DNA of 64,000 nucleotides from Sphingobium sp. (GTDB taxonomy: Bacteria; Pseudomonadota; Alphaproteobacteria; Sphingomonadales; Sphingomonadaceae): NCBI GenBank assembly GCA_017984895.1, contig JAGNYO010000005.1, positions 1,010-65,009 on the forward strand. Direction: 5' to 3'. Position 1 is the stretch's first letter, and the number at the start of each line of letters is the position of its first letter. Under the pieces are notes generated by a model. The model searched no databases, was not told where the DNA came from, and worked only from the letters and a program-made list of their open reading frames with translations. The position numbers and the translations under genes are program-made. Positions 59,369-64,000 of this stretch are shown piece after piece.

Positions 59369-60124
59369 ATGGAACCTGATACAGACAGTTTGCGCGGCGC
59401 GGCCATGCCGGGCGACTCGCAATCCGGCGTCAAATGGCGCTTTCCCGCAGTTCACCCTGAAGGCCGAAAATTCGGGGCAATTGCCATCGGCATTACCCTG
59501 CTGTTCTGGGTGGTCGGTTGGGGCGTCTTGGCTTGGCTAATGGCAGGCGTGAGCATTTGGGTGTTTGCGTTTTTTCGGGATCCAGTGCGGGCAACGCCGC
59601 AAGGGCAGGATTTGCTGGTTGCGCCTGCCGATGGCCTTATCACCCTGATCCAGACGGTAATCCCCCCACGCGAGATTGCGGGCGTGGATGGTATCGGGAC
59701 CGCGCCGATGGTGCGTGTATCGATCTTCATGAGTGTATTCGACGTGCATATCAATCGTACCCCCATCAGCGGCACTGTGCGACAAGTGGTCTATATCTCC
59801 GGCAAGTTTATCAATGCGGACCTCGATAAGGCTAGCGAGGACAATGAGCGCCAACATATCGTGGTGGAGCGCGGTGACGGACTGCGCATCGGCTTCACCC
59901 AGATCGCCGGGCTGGTGGCGCGCCGGATTGTGCCTTTCGTGAAAACGGGTGATGTGGTGGCGGCAGGCCAGCGCATCGGCCTCATTCGCTTCGGGAGCCG
60001 GGTGGACATTTATCTGCCCGAAGGGACCGCGCCGCGTGTCGTGCTGGGGCAGCGCACTATCGCTGGAGAGACGGTTATCGCCAAGCTAGGCGAGGCAGAG
60101 AATTTGCGCGGGATTTTCCAGTGA
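59369..60124 (+). CDS. psd: Phosphatidylserine decarboxylase proenzyme (short alphaproteobacterial form)
   Basis: 251 aa (alternative start M13 at 59405). ..HPEGRKF.., TM segments, ..APADG.., ..[13 protein letters not shown].. and ..[12 protein letters not shown].. containing the G-S self-cleavage site. Confidence 0.88.
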   Translation: MEPDTDSLRGAAMPGDSQSGVKWRFPAVHPEGRKFGAIAIGITLLFWVVGWGVLAWLMAGVSIWVFAFFRDPVRATPQGQDLLVAPADGLITLIQTVIPPREIAGVDGIGTAPMVRVSIFMSVFDVHINRTPISGTVRQVVYISGKFINADLDKASEDNERQHIVVERGDGLRIGFTQIAGLVARRIVPFVKTGDVVAAGQRIGLIRFGSRVDIYLPEGTAPRVVLGQRTIAGETVIAKLGEAENLRGIFQ

Positions 60125-60891
60125 GGCGCCGCCGCGCCATACCAAGGGGTTTGCGGCGCGGCATCTCGCTGCGTCAGGTAGCGCCCAATGCGGTGACTGC
60201 GATGGCGTTGTGCTTCGGCCTGACGGGCGTGCGCTTTGCGATGAGCGGCCAATGGGAATTTGCGGTGGCCAGCGTCATTCTCGCCGGGGTTTTGGACGGG
60301 CTGGATGGCCGTATCGCTAGGCTGCTACAGGGAGAAAGCCGGTTTGGAGCGGAGCTGGACTCTCTGTCTGATTGCATTGCTTTCGGGGTTTCGCCCGCGA
60401 TCATCATTTATCTTTGGTCGTTGCAGCATATGCCTAAGCTGGGCTGGGTATTCGCGCTGGCCCATGCGCTGATGTGTGCCCTAAGGCTGGCGCGCTTCAA
60501 TGCTGCGATTGATGCCGACGAGCAGCCACATAAGTCCGCAGGCTTTCTTACGGGTGTGCCTGCGCCTACTGGTGCCGGCCTATTGTTCGTACCGCTCTAC
60601 TGCTGGTTTGTAACGGATAATGATCTGTTTCGCGCTTGGTATGTGGTGGCTCCCTGGACTGCGCTGGTCGCATTTCTGATGATTTCCAGTCTGGCGACCT
60701 ACAGCTGGTCGGCGCTCCGATTACGCCGCACAATCCGGCTCGAGGCCATTGCACTGGCAGGACTCCTTGCAGCACTACTGCTCACCGTTCCGTGGCTTAC
60801 TCTATTGGTGATCTCTACGCTTTATCTTGCCATGATTCCATTTGGAGTGAACGGTTATCGCAAAGTGAGGGCCGCAACAGCAAAAAGCTAA
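60121..60891 (+). CDS. pssA: CDP-diacylglycerol--serine O-phosphatidyltransferase
   Basis: 256 aa, GTG start overlapping the psd stop (GTGA). CDP-alcohol phosphatidyltransferase motif [26 protein letters not shown]. Confidence 0.9.
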   Translation: MRRRRAIPRGLRRGISLRQVAPNAVTAMALCFGLTGVRFAMSGQWEFAVASVILAGVLDGLDGRIARLLQGESRFGAELDSLSDCIAFGVSPAIIIYLWSLQHMPKLGWVFALAHALMCALRLARFNAAIDADEQPHKSAGFLTGVPAPTGAGLLFVPLYCWFVTDNDLFRAWYVVAPWTALVAFLMISSLATYSWSALRLRRTIRLEAIALAGLLAALLLTVPWLTLLVISTLYLAMIPFGVNGYRKVRAATAKS

Positions 60892-60905
60892 TTCAGTGGT
60901 TTTCC

Positions 60906-61145
60906 TCAGGCCGCAAGCCGGGCTGGGCCAATATTAGCGTGCTTAGTGGGTTCCCCAAGAATGACCATTTTCTCCCTGGTTGGAGGGAGGGGTGCAATCT
61001 CTTTTCCGGGATACACTTCCAGCCTTAGCGCCGCCAGCATCTTTGGGCCGTGGCTTTTCAGCATGGAACTGATTATTCCGACAGCCACCATCAATGCGAT
61101 GGGGAAAATTACTGCGGTTACTGTCATCATAGTCGCCACCTTCAT
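60906..61145 (-). CDS. Hypothetical small membrane protein (doubtful)
   Basis: 79 aa. One TM-like segment (MMTVTAVIFPIALMVAVGIISSML). GGAAAAGGA precedes the ATG. It lies in a visibly AT-richer stretch with poor GC3, and is fully antisense to a 72-aa plus-strand ORF (60946..61164). No family recognised. Confidence 0.25.
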   Translation of the reverse strand: MKVATMMTVTAVIFPIALMVAVGIISSMLKSHGPKMLAALRLEVYPGKEIAPLPPTREKMVILGEPTKHANIGPARLAA

Positions 61146-61358
61146 TCCTTTTCCTGCTCACTAACGCATATCAGCGCTTACAGGTTCCATGTTCACTATA
61201 TGTTCTCATCATTACGGCCTGTCAACTGCCTATTTCACCTTGCAATCCATGGCCCGTCAGACTAATGGCCCGCCATTCCACATGGGATTCGCACATACCG
61301 GTGCCGGATTTTAATTCGGTTACTGAATCCCAGAGGCACAACCGGAAGGAGAAAGACC

Positions 61359-62120
61359 ATGGCGGCCCCTGTCGTCACCATACAGCAATTGATTGAGGCC
61401 GGAGCGCATTTCGGCCACCAGACCCACCGCTGGAACCCCCGCATGAAGCCGTATATCTTCGGCGAGCGGAACGGCGTTCACATCCTTGACCTCAGCCAGA
61501 CCGTGCCACTATTCGCGCGCGCGCTAGAGTTTGTGGCAGGGACAGTGGCTGCGGGCGGCAAGGTCCTGTTCGTTGGCACCAAGCGCCAGGCACAGGAAGC
61601 GATTGCCGAGAGTGCCCGCAAGTCAGGCCAGCATTTCGTCAACCATCGCTGGCTGGGTGGCATGCTCACCAACTGGAAAACGATTTCCGGTTCGATCAAG
61701 CGCTTGAAAACGCTGGAAGAGAAGCTCTCGGGGGATACCCACGGCCTCACCAAGAAGGAAGTGCTCCAGATGACGCGCGAGCGCGACAAGCTGGAAATGA
61801 GCCTCGGCGGTATCCGTGATATGGGCGGCATTCCGGACGTGATGTTTGTGATCGACGCCAACAAGGAAGAACTGGCGATCAAGGAAGCCAACACGCTGGG
61901 CATTCCGGTGGTGGCGATCCTCGATTCGAACGTGAAACCTGATGGCATCGCGTTCCCGGTTCCGGCGAACGATGACGCCAGCCGCGCGATACGCCTCTAT
62001 TGCGAAGCGATTGCAACCGCAGCTACCCGTGGCAACCGTGGCGCCCAGCAGGCCTCCGGCGTCGATGTCGGAGCGCTGGCGGAGCCGCCAGCCGAGGAAG
62101 CCGTCGCCGCCGAAGCGTAA
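61359..62120 (+). CDS. rpsB: 30S ribosomal protein S2
   Basis: 253 aa. ..[35 protein letters not shown].. GGAAGGAG SD upstream. Confidence 0.97.
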   Translation: MAAPVVTIQQLIEAGAHFGHQTHRWNPRMKPYIFGERNGVHILDLSQTVPLFARALEFVAGTVAAGGKVLFVGTKRQAQEAIAESARKSGQHFVNHRWLGGMLTNWKTISGSIKRLKTLEEKLSGDTHGLTKKEVLQMTRERDKLEMSLGGIRDMGGIPDVMFVIDANKEELAIKEANTLGIPVVAILDSNVKPDGIAFPVPANDDASRAIRLYCEAIATAATRGNRGAQQASGVDVGALAEPPAEEAVAAEA

Positions 62121-62217
62121 GTTTCGCCAGATTGCAATATTTTCTGGGCAGGGCGCTTGGCGGGATAACCGATGAGCGCCCGTCCGTTTGTAAAAACCTC
62201 TTTCAAAGGAAATGACG

Positions 62218-63144
62218 ATGGCCGAGATTACTGCTGCCGCTGTCAAGGAACTGCGTGAGCGTTCCGGCGCAGGCATGATGGATTGCAAGAAGGCTCTCAC
62301 CGAAACCAATGGTGATATGGAAGCGGCGATTGACTGGCTGCGCGCCAAGGGTCTTGCGGCTGCGCAGAAGAAATCGAGTCGCACTGCCGCCGAAGGGTTG
62401 GTCGGTGTTGCGGTTGCTGGCACCAAGGGCGTTGCGGTTGAGGTCAACAGCGAGACGGATTTCGTCGCCAAGAACGAGCAGTTTCAGGACTTTGTGCGCA
62501 ATGTCACCCAGGTGGCGCTCAGCACTGGCATGGCGGATGCAGAGGCGCTGGCCTCTGCCGATTATCCGGGCGGCGGCACGGTATCTGAAAAGCTCGTCGC
62601 CAACATCGCCACCATCGGCGAGAATCAGACGCTGCGCCGCGTGGGCAGCGTTTCCGTGAGCAACGGGCTTGTGGTCGATTATGTCCATAACGCGGTGGTG
62701 CCGGGACTTGGCAAGATCGGTGTGCTGGTCGCGCTTGAGGGCGATGCTGCGGCGGACGTGCTCCAGCCGCTCGGAAAGCAGCTCGCGATGCACATTGCGG
62801 CAGCCTTCCCGCTGGCGCTGTCGGCGGACCAGATCGACCCTGCCCTGCTGGAGCGTGAGCGTTCCATCGCGGCGGAAAAGGCGGCCGAGAGCGGCAAGCC
62901 CGCCGAGATTGTCGCCAAGATGGTCGATGGCTCGGTAGCGAAGTTCGCCAAGGAGAATGCGCTTCTGTCTCAGTTGTTCGTGATGGATAACAAGACACCG
63001 ATCGCTGATGTTGTTGCCAAGGCAGCGAAGGAGGCGGGCTCTTCGATCACTCTCAAGGACTATGTCCGCTTCCAGCTCGGCGAAGGTATCGAGAAGGAAG
63101 AGAGCGATTTCGCGGCGGAAGTCGCGGCTGCCGCTGGCGTCTGA
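62218..63144 (+). CDS. tsf: Translation elongation factor Ts
   Basis: 308 aa from the second ATG ([27 protein letters not shown]..). AAAGGA SD 7 nt upstream. Confidence 0.96.
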   Translation: MAEITAAAVKELRERSGAGMMDCKKALTETNGDMEAAIDWLRAKGLAAAQKKSSRTAAEGLVGVAVAGTKGVAVEVNSETDFVAKNEQFQDFVRNVTQVALSTGMADAEALASADYPGGGTVSEKLVANIATIGENQTLRRVGSVSVSNGLVVDYVHNAVVPGLGKIGVLVALEGDAAADVLQPLGKQLAMHIAAAFPLALSADQIDPALLERERSIAAEKAAESGKPAEIVAKMVDGSVAKFAKENALLSQLFVMDNKTPIADVVAKAAKEAGSSITLKDYVRFQLGEGIEKEESDFAAEVAAAAGV

Positions 63145-63205
63145 TCTAATGATCTAAATTTATTTCCGGGTGCCTCGGCGCTTGGCACAATGGTGCGCTG
63201 ATACA

Positions 63206-63262
63206 GAAGCATTTTCAGGAAAAGTGGGAACCGGCTTTCCGCCTGAAAATGCTTCTTTTTTT
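63206..63262 (+). terminator. Rho-independent terminator of tsf = copy B of the dispersed hairpin repeat
   Basis: 14-bp stem GAAGCATTTTCAGG (63206..63219) / CCTGAAAATGCTTC (63242..63255). Inner GGAAA/TTTCC pairing. Followed by T7 (63256..63262). Confidence 0.8.
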
Positions 63263-63360
63263 GTTGTGGCCATTTTCCGGGTTGATGGGCGTTTACGCCC
63301 AGCGCGAAAATGGTCTAGGGTGCGCGCCATTCCTGTATCTGAAGCGGATTCACAAGCTCT

Positions 63361-64000
63361 ATGACACGCCCCACACCTCAACGCATCCTGCTGAAACTGT
63401 CTGGCGAAGTGCTTATGGGCGAGGGTGCGTTTGGCATTGATCCGGCGACGGTGGATCGGATCGCGGGCGAAGTCGCCGCCGCAAAGGAGGCAGGCTTCGA
63501 GATTTGCATGGTCGTGGGCGGGGGCAATATCTTCCGCGGCCTTGCCGCCGCCGCCAAGGGCTTTGACCGCACTAGCGCCGACTATATGGGCATGCTCGCC
63601 ACGGTGATGAACGCGCTCGCGGTGCAGAACGCGCTGGAGCGCATGGGGCACCAGACGCGCGTGCAATCCGCGATCCCGATGGAAACAGTGTGCGAGCCGT
63701 ATATTCGCCGCCGCGCCATGCGCCATATGGAGAAAGGGCGGATCGTGATTTTTGCGGCGGGCACCGGTAATCCGTTTTTCACGACAGACACCGCTGCCGC
63801 GCTGCGTGCCGCTGAAATGGGCTGCGACGCGTTATACAAAGGCACCTCGGTCGATGGCGTCTATGATGCCGACCCCAAGAAGGTGGCCGCAGCAAAGCGT
63901 TATGACTCAGTGTCTTTTGACCGGGTCTTAAATGACAATCTTAAGGTGATGGATGCGTCTGCGGTGGCTTTGTGCCGCGAGAACAGCATCCCCATCGTCG
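63361..64000 (+). CDS. pyrH: UMP kinase, 5' portion (runs off window end)
   Basis: Hand translation from ATG 63361: [75 protein letters not shown].. Not in the ORF track because it has no stop in the window. Confidence 0.93.
   Translation, partial: MTRPTPQRILLKLSGEVLMGEGAFGIDPATVDRIAGEVAAAKEAGFEICMVVGGGNIFRGLAAAAKGFDRTSADYMGMLATVMNALAVQNALERMGHQTRVQSAIPMETVCEPYIRRRAMRHMEKGRIVIFAAGTGNPFFTTDTAAALRAAEMGCDALYKGTSVDGVYDADPKKVAAAKRYDSVSFDRVLNDNLKVMDASAVALCRENSIPIV

Noticed and set aside
61050-61265. 71-aa His/Cys-rich ORF (..HHQCDGENYCGYCHH..) as a possible metal-binding peptide.
   Set aside because: It has a GTG start, no RBS and poor GC3. It overlaps two other equally weak ORFs and the putative rpsB promoter. 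It is kept only as part of the region-level finding.

Overview
GC-rich, densely coding chromosomal segment. By gene content and my recollection of Sphingobium SYK-6 lig proteins it is most consistent with a sphingomonad alphaproteobacterium; this is inference, no search was run. I saw no rRNA, tRNA, CRISPR array, transposase, integrase or prophage genes. Layout: (1) 1-9.7 kb, protocatechuate 4,5-cleavage (lig) cluster. ligK-ligU-ligI runs on the minus strand and ligI leaves the window. Divergent from it are ligR, then an NAD(P) oxidoreductase, ligJ, a VanA-like Rieske oxygenase, a DUF2218-like ORF, ligA, ligB, ligC and an aldo/keto reductase. (2) 9.7-14.8 kb, housekeeping genes: rnd, aspS, PPK2, cysE, DUF2794. 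(3) 14.8-23.8 kb, a complete Pho regulon block. An OprO/P-like porin is preceded by an 11-bp-phased Pho-box array. It converges on phoR-pstSCAB-phoU-phoB, which has a second Pho-box array. (4) 23.9-26.5 kb, a tightly coupled four-gene cassette: Tat-signal small protein, PqqD-like protein, HprK-like P-loop kinase, nucleotidyltransferase. No core RiPP enzyme lies nearby. This is the most interesting candidate for an uncharacterised system. (5) 26.6-31.6 kb: gph, glmU, glmS, trxB. (6) 31.6-48.5 kb, an exosortase A (XrtA)/PEP-CTERM-type exopolysaccharide locus. It includes a carrier-protein sub-cassette (ACP, FemAB-like GNAT, AMP-ligase, PLP decarboxylase) of unknown chemistry and an XrtA-EpsI fusion. 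It lacks a priming transferase, polymerase, flippase, regulators and PEP-CTERM substrates within the window. (7) 48.5-64 kb, housekeeping genes: IMPase, lysE-family, argJ, TonB-C-like, secA, GNAT, folB, kef-type antiporter, icd, psd-pssA, rpsB-tsf-pyrH. Non-coding structure includes a 25-bp-arm perfect palindrome, several C/G-rich hairpins at convergent gene junctions, and a dispersed hairpin repeat with two copies. All family assignments rest on motifs read by eye and remembered family signatures.
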